A stretch of DNA of 64,000 nt, taken from a virus. How positions within the stretch are numbered: the first letter of the stretch is position 1; every line of letters starts with the position of its first letter. Below, one piece after another: positions 55,908 to 63,755 of this stretch. The translations under genes were made by a program, and so were the position numbers. Below the pieces are notes generated by a model. It ran no database searches. It was not told the DNA's origin and was given only the letters and a program-made list of their open reading frames with translations. The DNA is taken from IMG/VR virus record IMGVR_UViG_3300009157_000016, positions 44,378 to 108,377 of that record. One strand, 5' to 3'.

Positions 55908-56654
55908 TCACTTGGACTTGGGCCTCCCTGAAAGGAAGTAGCGGGTGATCTCCCGCTTGCCCAAGCCCTTCTCCTTCTTTTTGCGAACGGAGCAGCCGCG
56001 CTGCTCCAGCTCGACGAGAACGTTGAGTTGCGAACTGTCCAACGCCTTCTTGACTTCCAAGAGCGTCGCGCCCTTAGCGCCGGCATACATTGCCGCCGCA
56101 CGGGACTTGAGCGAGCCCTTCTTGAAGCCGTAGGCGTCTTTCTCGACGCTGGAGGCCTTGGCTTTCGCCGGCTCAGCCTTGCCCTTGGCGGGCGCGGCCT
56201 TGCCCGGTGCGGCCTTGCCCGGTGCTTTGCCCTTGGCGGGCGCTGGCGCGGCCTTGGCGGGCGTTGCCTTGCCCTTGGCGGGCGCTGGCGCGGCCTTGCC
56301 CTTGGCCGGCGCTTGCTCAGCCTTGCGCATGGGGATGACCTTGGCGCTTGGCTTGGCGGCCGGCTTGGCTTCCTTCTTCACCGGGGCTTGCTTCGCCTCG
56401 GTGGGCGGCAGCCCTTCGGCAGCACGCTTTTTGGCGCGCTCCTCGTCGGCGGCCTTCTGTTGGGCCGGTGTGCCCGAACGGAGGGGCGGCTCCTTTTTGA
56501 CGGGCGCAACCGCTTCTGACGTTTCCGTCTTGGGGGTTGGCTCGGCACCGTTCACTTTCTTTTCGGGGACCGCCCCGGTGTCGGTGTTCGCCACTTTGTT
56601 CTCCCTTCTGAGGAACGCTGGTATTTCCAGGTCCTTTCCTGCTATGATGTTCAT
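55908..56654 (-). CDS. histone H1-like PAK-repeat DNA-binding protein with C-terminal wHTH-like domain
   Basis: DLEIPAFLRR N-terminus; PAKGKAAPA repeats; KDAYGFKKGS..GATLLEVK..QLNVL. Confidence 0.75.
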   Translation of the reverse strand: MNIIAGKDLEIPAFLRRENKVANTDTGAVPEKKVNGAEPTPKTETSEAVAPVKKEPPLRSGTPAQQKAADEERAKKRAAEGLPPTEAKQAPVKKEAKPAAKPSAKVIPMRKAEQAPAKGKAAPAPAKGKATPAKAAPAPAKGKAPGKAAPGKAAPAKGKAEPAKAKASSVEKDAYGFKKGSLKSRAAAMYAGAKGATLLEVKKALDSSQLNVLVELEQRGCSVRKKKEKGLGKREITRYFLSGRPKSK

Positions 56655-56735
56655 GCTGTGTAACTCTCCCGATTCGGCTACTCGACTTGAGAGGCCGGCT
56701 CAACCGGCGTGCTAGACGCCGGCTGTGCGAGACCC

Positions 56736-57092
56736 TCACGTTTCACTAGGCGGCTGGCGCTCAGTGATGACCGTGAAATGGTTGCTCTCTTTTTCGAACC
56801 GCCCCACTCGCGGTCCAAGGTAAGCACGAACCTTGTCAGTGTCCAGTACAAGTCTTTCGCACCATGTCAAGGTGCATTGCCAGTACTGGCCACGGACGAG
56901 CTTGCCCGTGTAACCCGTGGGATCAATCTGCGTGGCGTTTCTGACCTCTTCACCGTGACGCCGTGCCAACTCCGCCTTGAGTTTTTCCTCGGCTTCCTCG
57001 TGGTCCTTGCGGATCTCACGAGCCTTGCCAATCATGTCAACAAGATCACGTTGGCTCAGGCGTCTCAGGTTTATCTTTCTGTCCTCGCTCAT
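56736..57092 (-). CDS. hypothetical protein
   Basis: ATGA-coupled; LVDMIG..LDTDKVR pattern. Confidence 0.65.
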   Translation of the reverse strand: MSEDRKINLRRLSQRDLVDMIGKAREIRKDHEEAEEKLKAELARRHGEEVRNATQIDPTGYTGKLVRGQYWQCTLTWCERLVLDTDKVRAYLGPRVGRFEKESNHFTVITERQPPSET

Positions 57093-57598
57093 GCTTTTTT
57101 GTCCTCATTCAGGCGGCGCATGAGTCGCGCCGCTTCCCGTCGTAGAAATTCCTCAACTAGGTCCTGCACGTGCTTGACCATGTCGCCTTGGTCAGGAGCC
57201 CACTTCCAATGGGTCACCTGTTCGGAGTCGACAAGGTGTGGCCGTGAGATTTGGCCCTTCAAGATCAGTTGCTCGACCTCAGCCGGCGAATTGTGGAACT
57301 TGATAATGCCGAACAACGCCTCAAAGAACTCAGTGGGTACCGGTACGGTTTCCCCACGTCTATCAAAGCCGTAGATGACCGCGTCGTTCGCATATAGGTT
57401 GTTTTTGACTGAGAAGTAGTGCTGCTTCGCAGGGTCACGAAGAAGACCAAACTCATCCACAATGATCGCATAGCCGACAGCTAGCTTCCCGAAGTCAGCC
57501 TTGTCTGCATGGCCTAAGCTGAGCCAGAGTTCTTTCGGGTCGTTGGCCTGCACTGCTTCAATGGTGCGGCGCGCAGGACGTACCACCGCGAACTGCAT
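57089..57598 (-). CDS. hypothetical protein
   Basis: IIVDEFGL..YF..LYANDAVIYG; AAGGAG RBS. Confidence 0.7.
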   Translation of the reverse strand: MQFAVVRPARRTIEAVQANDPKELWLSLGHADKADFGKLAVGYAIIVDEFGLLRDPAKQHYFSVKNNLYANDAVIYGFDRRGETVPVPTEFFEALFGIIKFHNSPAEVEQLILKGQISRPHLVDSEQVTHWKWAPDQGDMVKHVQDLVEEFLRREAARLMRRLNEDKKA

Positions 57599-57604
57599 GA
57601 CTCT

Positions 57605-57990
57605 CTCCTTCCTCAAAGCTGAGGGGGGCGCTCCAGCAGGGAAAACGCCCCCCTCCCCCCGACCCGCAGGTCGAGGAAATGTGGGAGGACGGTGTCACAG
57701 CAGGTAACCACCGCCCTCCCCTCCGGCCGGGCCGTGCGCGAGCAACGGCAAAGAAACCGCGCACGACACTTCGCGCCGGAGTTTACGTGTGCTTCATGAG
57801 CACCATGTTCTAGATTCGAAACCGTATCTAGAAAGAGCTGCTCACTTCGTGGAAGCGAAGGTGATGCAGAGTTTGCTGTACCCTCTGCACCACCCCCGCA
57901 TGAGGGATCACCTAGAACCGGCAGCGGTTCTAGATGTCCAGCCAATGTGGCCCCAAGCCACACGCTTGATCCCCAATGCAGCTTCCATCA
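57605..57990 (-). ncRNA. putative structured non-coding RNA(s), multi-hairpin
   Basis: About 390 nt without a credible ORF, almost fully paired into stems; A-C mismatches on + become G-U pairs on -. Confidence 0.6.
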
Positions 57991-58449
57991 CTACCCTCCC
58001 TTAGTGACCTCCATAAAGTTCGTGATGACCTCCCGGATGCCGGGCTCGGCTTGTTCCAGCATCAGGCGTTTGGTATGCCATTCGCCTTCGTTGGAGTAGT
58101 CCGCCCAACACATGTCGGTGTAGTTGTGCGGGGAGAACATACCGAGGACCAAGCCGCCGTCGGCTATGATCTCCAGCATGTAGTTGCCCTCCTTGCCGGC
58201 TTCGTCATCACCGGCGTCGCTGGAGTCGGTGAGCATAAGCTGCGCGTAGCAAGTTGCGCCGTCCTCACGCTCAATCTTGGCAACGGCACCGTAGTTGTCG
58301 CCTGACTGATCCAGCTCCGCCCTGATGCCCCAAGGGTCAAGCGCCCCGTTCAGGAGCGTTTGCATCCACCCCTTGTCCTTCTTCCACCGACTCTCGTAAG
58401 CCGCCCAAACCTCCGGCTCGGGGGAGCTTGTTTCCGTCGTCGTTTCCAT
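57991..58449 (-). CDS. hypothetical protein
   Basis: ADGG..LG..SPHNYTDMCW motif. Confidence 0.7.
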   Translation of the reverse strand: METTTETSSPEPEVWAAYESRWKKDKGWMQTLLNGALDPWGIRAELDQSGDNYGAVAKIEREDGATCYAQLMLTDSSDAGDDEAGKEGNYMLEIIADGGLVLGMFSPHNYTDMCWADYSNEGEWHTKRLMLEQAEPGIREVITNFMEVTKGG

Positions 58450-58615
58450 TGTCTCTGTCCTCTGTCATAAACTTTGGAAGTGGCTTCATTTCAGGAAGAT
58501 CGTAGCCGTCCTCAAGCGCCTTGATGGCGACATTAGTAGCCGCCAAGCGCTTTACCAAGTCCTGCTTTTTCACGCGAAGGATGGCTAGGATCTCTTCAAT
58601 TTCACCATTGATCAA
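58337..58615 (-). CDS. hypothetical protein
   Basis: TTG start after CACAGACAGGAGG leader; 3' overlap with the next gene. Confidence 0.5.
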   Translation of the reverse strand: MINGEIEEILAILRVKKQDLVKRLAATNVAIKALEDGYDLPEMKPLPKFMTEDRDNGNDDGNKLPRAGGLGGLRESVEEGQGVDANAPERGA

Positions 58616-58642
58616 TGTTCGTTCCTCCTGTCTGTGTTCTTG

Positions 58643-58686
58643 TGTAACACACTGCTACCGCCCGAAGGCGGTAGTGTCTGCTCACA
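58643..58686 (-). promoter_or_regulatory. intergenic hairpin, RNase III-like family
   Basis: TGAGCA-gaca-ctaccgcc-TTCG-ggcggtag-cagtg-tgtta. Confidence 0.55.
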
Positions 58687-59290
58687 AGTCGAATTGCTGC
58701 AACCGTTTGACGAACTGACGCTGCACCTTCTTGAAGGTCTTCGGGTCATCTGAATAGTGCGGCAGCTTCTGTTGAGTCCACCACGAATACGTCCACTGGC
58801 TGGTTTTCTCGTCGTACTTGTCCTCCATGTCCACCCAAATGGGGTGTTCCTTGGGAATGCCGAAGGGCTTAAGGTAGGCCCGCATGTTGCCGCATCTAGC
58901 GTTGTCCAGCGCTTCAATGCGGCTGCGGATCTTTTTGACTTCCTCGCCGTTGTGAATGTCGTCAGGCCCCAACTCCTCGTCGAAGTTCATCTTGAGGGTC
59001 ATGGCCATGACCGCGCCGCCTTCGCAGACGTAGCAGACCTTCCTCGGCTCTTTCCTCGGCTCTTCATTGTCCTCGCCGGTCTCGTATTCATGGCGGATCG
59101 TGTGCCACGTGCTCATGTCGATCTTGTAGATCTTCGAGCGCTCAACCTTCTTGATGTCCTCAAGGGCAATCAGGATGAGCTCGCTCGGCTTCGCGGCAAG
59201 GATCTTGTCGCCGCCGGTCTTGTCGAAGTTGGCTGGTGGACTGGGCTTCTTGCTGGGCTGACCTGTAGGTTCCGTTCCCATATCACTCAT
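58682..59290 (-). CDS. hypothetical protein
   Basis: KPSELILIALED..IDMSTWH..CYVCEGGAVMA; CAGGAGAG RBS. Confidence 0.7.
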   Translation of the reverse strand: MSDMGTEPTGQPSKKPSPPANFDKTGGDKILAAKPSELILIALEDIKKVERSKIYKIDMSTWHTIRHEYETGEDNEEPRKEPRKVCYVCEGGAVMAMTLKMNFDEELGPDDIHNGEEVKKIRSRIEALDNARCGNMRAYLKPFGIPKEHPIWVDMEDKYDEKTSQWTYSWWTQQKLPHYSDDPKTFKKVQRQFVKRLQQFDL

Positions 59291-59312
59291 GTTCTCTCTC
59301 CTGCTTGTGCTT

Positions 59313-59361
59313 CTGAGCACATAGCTCCAGCGCAGTTGCCCGCGCTGGAGACTCTGCTCAG
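59313..59361 (-). promoter_or_regulatory. intergenic hairpin, RNase III-like family
   Basis: CTGAGCA-gagt-ctccagcgc..gcgctggag-ctatg-TGCTCAG. Confidence 0.55.
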
Positions 59362-59585
59362 TCCCGGTGTAGAAACTTCCAAAGCAGCTCGGCCGTTTTG
59401 TCACCGATCTTCGCTTCCCATATAGTTTGCAGATCGTAACGATACTTCGCCCGCAGCACTTGTGGCAGATGCCAATAGAGTGCCTTGGCGGCATGGGTAG
59501 CAACTCCTTTGCTGTACCCATGCTTTCGAGCGAAGGGCTGGATGACTCCTTGCCAATCGCTCAAGCTAAGCATGTCGTCTGCCAT
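59358..59585 (-). CDS. hypothetical protein
   Basis: TGATG-coupled to the vWA gene. Confidence 0.55.
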   Translation of the reverse strand: MADDMLSLSDWQGVIQPFARKHGYSKGVATHAAKALYWHLPQVLRAKYRYDLQTIWEAKIGDKTAELLWKFLHRD

Positions 59586-60877
59586 CAGGTGTAGTCCACG
59601 AAGACCGTGTCCCCGAACGGTGCCTTGGAAGCCAGCCCCGCATAGCGGCGCTTGTCTCCATGCACCGCCCAAAGGACAGGGCAGCCGGGGTCCAGCCCAA
59701 AGTCCAGCGTGAGAAGGTCAGTAAAGAATATGACGCCTGCTACGTCGTCAACGTTCTGTTCCAACCATTCCCACACCGCCTTGAAGTGGGTCCCGCCGCC
59801 GCCCTTGGGATTCAGTTTCAGTTCGTCGTAGGCTTCGAAGATGTCAACGCCCTGAAACTTCGTGTCGGTGTAGATCACGTAGACCTCGTCCGCCACGCCT
59901 TCATCCACCATCGCCTTAATCTCGGTGGCCAGCTCGCTCCACAAGCGCGGAGTCATGCTGCCCGAGGTGTCGCCGATGACAGCGAGACGGTGCGGCCGGT
60001 CACTGACCTTCCCCGGCAAGTAGATCTTGCGGGGCAGGTAACGCTTGTCCGGTCGTGACCATGATGTATCCTTGCGCATTGAGTTCTGCGCCCAGATGCG
60101 TGTCACGTCCCGCCAGTCAATGCGCGGCTCAGTCAACGTTTTGTAGATGCGTTCCAGCTCGCCGGGAACGGAGCCCGCATTCGCCGCCTTGGCAACTGCC
60201 ATAGCGGCGCGCACGTTCTTGTCCCACTCGTCGGAAGCCTCCTTGTTGCCGTTGACGTCGGTGTGATCCGTCGCGTCAAGAACTTCGCCGGCCCCACCGG
60301 GGTCGTGTTCCTGCTGCGGCGTGCGTCCACCCTGACCTTGACCGCCTTCGCCGTCGCCGTCAGATTCGCCTTCGCCGTCATCACCCTTTTCGTCAGGCTT
60401 TCCGCCACCGCCGCCCTTCTTCGGGGCGGTCTCGTCACCACCCTGTTCGGGCGGCTTCGGCTTGGATTGCTCGTCTTGTTCGTCGAGCATTTCGTAGACC
60501 TGCTCGGCGCTCATGCCAAGATACTTGGCGTCAGTCACCGAGCCCGGTGGAAGCTCGAAGCCGGCTGAGAGCACGTCGTGATTGATGACGTACGCGCAGG
60601 CCAAGCTCCAGCGGCGTGGATCACGCCACTTGCGACGCATGGGATGCTTGTAGACGCAGCCCGTGACGGCCTGCGCCCATGAGCCCATGCGTTGTCCTTC
60701 CGTCAGGCCGAGGATGTAATCGGCGTTGTAGAAGTATGATTTGCCCTCGAAAGCCGTGGAAGCCGCCGCTGGCGACTCCTTCGGCTCCAAGTTGAGGGCA
60801 AGGCAGGAATAGAAGCGCTGCCGATATATCATCTGCGTGCGCGCCTTTATCACTGCCTTTGCAGCTTCTTGGTTCAT
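59585..60877 (-). CDS. DUF2201-type metallopeptidase-like/vWA domain protein
   Basis: GMSAEQVYE, IDWR, SWSRPDKR..YLPG, MIDAS DTSGS, GGGGTHF, FFTD. Confidence 0.85.
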   Translation of the reverse strand: MNQEAAKAVIKARTQMIYRQRFYSCLALNLEPKESPAAASTAFEGKSYFYNADYILGLTEGQRMGSWAQAVTGCVYKHPMRRKWRDPRRWSLACAYVINHDVLSAGFELPPGSVTDAKYLGMSAEQVYEMLDEQDEQSKPKPPEQGGDETAPKKGGGGGKPDEKGDDGEGESDGDGEGGQGQGGRTPQQEHDPGGAGEVLDATDHTDVNGNKEASDEWDKNVRAAMAVAKAANAGSVPGELERIYKTLTEPRIDWRDVTRIWAQNSMRKDTSWSRPDKRYLPRKIYLPGKVSDRPHRLAVIGDTSGSMTPRLWSELATEIKAMVDEGVADEVYVIYTDTKFQGVDIFEAYDELKLNPKGGGGTHFKAVWEWLEQNVDDVAGVIFFTDLLTLDFGLDPGCPVLWAVHGDKRRYAGLASKAPFGDTVFVDYT

Positions 60878-60905
60878 GTTCTCTCTCCTGCTGTGTGAAA
60901 TGCTC

Positions 60906-60957
60906 CTAAGCACTTCGCCATACGGCGGCTCTCACCGCCGTATGTCACTGTGCTCAG
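60906..60957 (-). promoter_or_regulatory. intergenic hairpin, RNase III-like family
   Basis: CTGAGCAC-agtga-catacggcgg..ccgccgtatg-gcgaa-GTGCTTAG. Confidence 0.55.
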
Positions 60958-61223
60958 TTCTTGGTTACGCTTTCGGCTCCCGCCATTGCTTGCGTTTCCA
61001 GTTCGCTGACCTCCCGCTTGAGCTCTACGTTCTCAAGCGAAAGTTCGTTGTTGATCTCTTCCATCAGCCGTAAGGCTTCCAACATGCGCTGCTCAAGCTG
61101 CGTGATGATCGTTGGATCAGTCGCCGTCTTGTGCAGTGCTCCCATGATGGTTGCTTGGAAGTGGATCATCTTGTGCAGCACCTTGCGGTCGAGGTGGGCG
61201 GCTCTGCGCTCTCGCGCGTTCAT
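60954..61223 (-). CDS. coiled-coil hypothetical protein
   Basis: ATGA-coupled ORF. Confidence 0.6.
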   Translation of the reverse strand: MNARERRAAHLDRKVLHKMIHFQATIMGALHKTATDPTIITQLEQRMLEALRLMEEINNELSLENVELKREVSELETQAMAGAESVTKN

Positions 61224-61426
61224 CCGATCGGCCTCACTGCCACGACGTATTGGTTGCCCTTTGCATCCTGCATGAGGCGCGAAACCTCATGCGGTTTGAC
61301 GCACATGACATCCAATGGCTCGAGTCCCGGCAGCGCCTTGATCGCATCCTGCAAGATGACGGCCATGACTGCCGCCTTCTGCGCGTCCGTGCGTTGGCGT
61401 TCGAACACGCCTCTGATTACTGACAT
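61220..61426 (-). CDS. hypothetical protein
   Basis: AGGAGG RBS. Confidence 0.6.
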   Translation of the reverse strand: MSVIRGVFERQRTDAQKAAVMAVILQDAIKALPGLEPLDVMCVKPHEVSRLMQDAKGNQYVVAVRPIG

Positions 61427-61435
61427 TGCAACCTC

Positions 61436-61696
61436 CTAGGCTGTCGCTTCTGCGAAGCGCGCCTGATAGTGTTGGAACAAATCCATCAGTTCCACCTGCT
61501 TACCGGCGAGCTCATATGTCTCGCCGGTAGCACTGTTGGTGAGCTCGATGCAGAACTCGTAGTATCCTTCCGGGTTCATGGTTTGCGGCCCTGTGCCGTG
61601 AACCCACCGAAAGAACACCGGTTGCCCGGCTCCGAACTCTCTGCGGGCGACTGTCTTTTTCAGCCGCCCGCCCGGTGACTTCTTTCTCAGTTCCAT
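61436..61696 (-). CDS. hypothetical protein
   Basis: AAGGAG RBS. Confidence 0.6.
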   Translation of the reverse strand: MELRKKSPGGRLKKTVARREFGAGQPVFFRWVHGTGPQTMNPEGYYEFCIELTNSATGETYELAGKQVELMDLFQHYQARFAEATA

Positions 61697-61706
61697 TCAT
61701 GCTCCT

Positions 61707-62723
61707 TCACAGTTCGAACGACTGGTTGGCCTGCTTGAACGAGATGTAGGTCGGCGTGTCGCAGAGGGTGTTGTCCCTGCGGCAAGCGTCCATCACGGTC
61801 ACCGTTTCCAGTTCCTTGCCCAACCTGTCCGCATAGGTCATGATGGGCTTGAAATTCTGGCGGGTGGCGTGACGTGCGATGGCTCCTGCCACCGCATAGC
61901 GCCCCGCCGCCGTGTCAGGCACTTTCGCGCCCTTCGGGTCGGTGGTGATGTCCTTCAAGGAAGGGAGGTCGCTGAACGCCTCAATGAAGGTGCTCAGTTC
62001 GTTCTTGGGGCCTTCGCCCACAAGCCCTTCGATGTTCCGGTCACGCCGCCGCACGTCCTTGATCTGAACGTACTTGGCGCACTCCTCCCACGCACGGGGC
62101 GTGGGGAAGGCTTTCAGGTCGGTGCCCTCCATCGAGTGGATGAGCTTCGGCCTGAACCGGATGAACGCAGGCATGATGGCCGGGATGTGGTCCTGATCGT
62201 AGGCCCACTGGATCCACGTGTCAGGATCCGCTTCAATCTCAAGGTGAGCGAAGCGGTTTGCCAACGCCGTCGGCATTTTCTGCGCGGCGGCGCGGTCACT
62301 CTGCCTGTTGCCGGCTGCCGCGATGCGCCAGCCCGGCGGCAGGATGTAGTCGCCAACCCTGCGGTTGCCGAACGCATCCTTGAGCACGAGGCCGAAGCAC
62401 GCGACCTGCGTGGCGAGTTGCGCGGCGTTCAGTTCATCAAGGAACAGAACACCCTGCTTCCCATCACGCTTCTCGTTGGGCAGCTCGTCGGGCGGCAACC
62501 ATTTGGTCACTCCCTTTTTGCTGTCCAAGTCCGGCAGGCCCCTGAGGTCCACCGACTCCCGCAACGCTGCGCGGAAGTCGATGAATCCCCAGCCCTTGCG
62601 GCGGGCCTTGATCCGGTCTGCGAGGCCTTTGGACTTGCCCACGCCCGGCGGTCCCCAAAAGAAAAACGGGGTGTCGCCGTCAATGTAGTCGTCCGCACTG
62701 TCTAAAGCTTCTGCTAGGTTCAT
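61707..62723 (-). CDS. MoxR-like AAA+ ATPase
   Basis: WGPPGVGKS, DLRGLP, LFLDELN, AAGNR, ALANRF, FPTPRAW; partner of the vWA protein. Confidence 0.9.
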   Translation of the reverse strand: MNLAEALDSADDYIDGDTPFFFWGPPGVGKSKGLADRIKARRKGWGFIDFRAALRESVDLRGLPDLDSKKGVTKWLPPDELPNEKRDGKQGVLFLDELNAAQLATQVACFGLVLKDAFGNRRVGDYILPPGWRIAAAGNRQSDRAAAQKMPTALANRFAHLEIEADPDTWIQWAYDQDHIPAIMPAFIRFRPKLIHSMEGTDLKAFPTPRAWEECAKYVQIKDVRRRDRNIEGLVGEGPKNELSTFIEAFSDLPSLKDITTDPKGAKVPDTAAGRYAVAGAIARHATRQNFKPIMTYADRLGKELETVTVMDACRRDNTLCDTPTYISFKQANQSFEL

Positions 62724-62754
62724 TGTTCTCACTCCTGCTGTGTTGACGCTCAAC

Positions 62755-62802
62755 GTGAACGTCGTCATCTCCACGGTTGCCCGTGGAGATGGGGTCGCTC
62801 AC
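62755..62802 (-). promoter_or_regulatory. intergenic hairpin, RNase III-like family
   Basis: GTGAGCG-accc-catctccacgg-GCAA-ccgtggagatg-acga-CGTTCAC. Confidence 0.55.
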
Positions 62803-62812
62803 TCTTTGCCGT

Positions 62813-63004
62813 TCAGAGCGGTGATTGGGTTATGATGACGGCTTGTTCCTCATGTCCCGTGACTTCGTTCTTCAGGGTGCCTTGTGGAATAATGAAGGGT
62901 GCTTTGGTCCCAACACATTCCCAACGGTTACCCTGAATACCGACGTAGACGTTGATGTCGGGATCATAGGTTTGGAGGACGCTGATCAGTTCACCAACTG
63001 TCAT
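62813..63004 (-). CDS. small hypothetical protein
   Basis: MTVGELISVLQTYDPD.V, a common phage N-terminal motif. Confidence 0.65.
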   Translation of the reverse strand: MTVGELISVLQTYDPDINVYVGIQGNRWECVGTKAPFIIPQGTLKNEVTGHEEQAVIITQSPL

Positions 63005-63007
63005 CGC

Positions 63008-63358
63008 TCAGGTATCCGCAGTCTGCTTGTCGAACTCTGCCTTGGCTGCCGGCGTCAAGGTGCCAACGCGCACATGGGAGTCACCCCGGCCGTAGTTGAG
63101 ACGCTTGCCGGTGTCCACGAGCACGCCTTCCTTGACGAGGCACTCAAAGGAGCCTTCGTACTGGTTGGCGTTCGCAATGAACACTTCTTCGGGCAGCGGC
63201 CGGTAGCCGTAGTCGAAGAGGCACACCGTTGGCTTGGACAGCGGCTCAGGAAACTCAACGCCGACGAGCTGGATAGCTATGCTCTGGTCGGCGAAGTATC
63301 TGCTGAACTGCACCTCGGCCTTTTCGTCGATGTATTTGTTCTTGAAATGGATCTGCAT
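63008..63358 (-). CDS. hypothetical protein
   Basis: RYFADQSIAIQL..EP..PTVCL..LVKEGVL.DTG; CACAGCAGGAG leader. Confidence 0.7.
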   Translation of the reverse strand: MQIHFKNKYIDEKAEVQFSRYFADQSIAIQLVGVEFPEPLSKPTVCLFDYGYRPLPEEVFIANANQYEGSFECLVKEGVLVDTGKRLNYGRGDSHVRVGTLTPAAKAEFDKQTADT

Positions 63359-63458
63359 GTTCCTCTCCTGCTGTGGAGCCCCATGATAGGACACCGGTAA
63401 CGTCCGCTGGACGTTACCGCTGGCCTACTGTAGCCTTCGCTGCCTTTCAGAGGAGAAC

Positions 63459-63755
63459 GTGATGGCATCGTCAATGCATCGGATCTTGGTAGGTTCTGAC
63501 GCCTACGTGAATGTCTCAAACGGGAACCTGAACTGCACCGTTTGGATGCCGCATAGCTGCCAGCTCCGCCTTGCCATTGCCGGCTCAGAGCCGCCCGTGG
63601 ACTACCCTGATTTCATTCCGCACAAGCAAGGTCCCAACAACGGGAAGTTCTCGGCGCGCAACCTTGAGGCCGAAGATGACTTGTGGGCTCGTGCTGAGTC
63701 CAAGGATGTCGAGTTGCAGGTCATGCGAGGCACGACCGTCATCGAGTTCAACTAG
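63459..63755 (+). CDS. hypothetical protein
   Basis: AGGAG RBS, coding-like codon usage, hairpin after the stop. Confidence 0.5.
   Translation: MMASSMHRILVGSDAYVNVSNGNLNCTVWMPHSCQLRLAIAGSEPPVDYPDFIPHKQGPNNGKFSARNLEAEDDLWARAESKDVELQVMRGTTVIEFN

Noticed and set aside
57813-57825. GGTTTCGAATC as a tRNA T-arm, or CGAAAC as a hammerhead core
   Set aside because: No cloverleaf, and no CUGANGA partner nearby
58615-60956. TGA-initiated hairpins as SECIS/readthrough elements fusing adjacent genes
   Set aside because: Downstream starts are out of frame (59360-59290 = 70 nt; 60956-60877 = 79 nt) or an in-frame TAG intervenes (58684)
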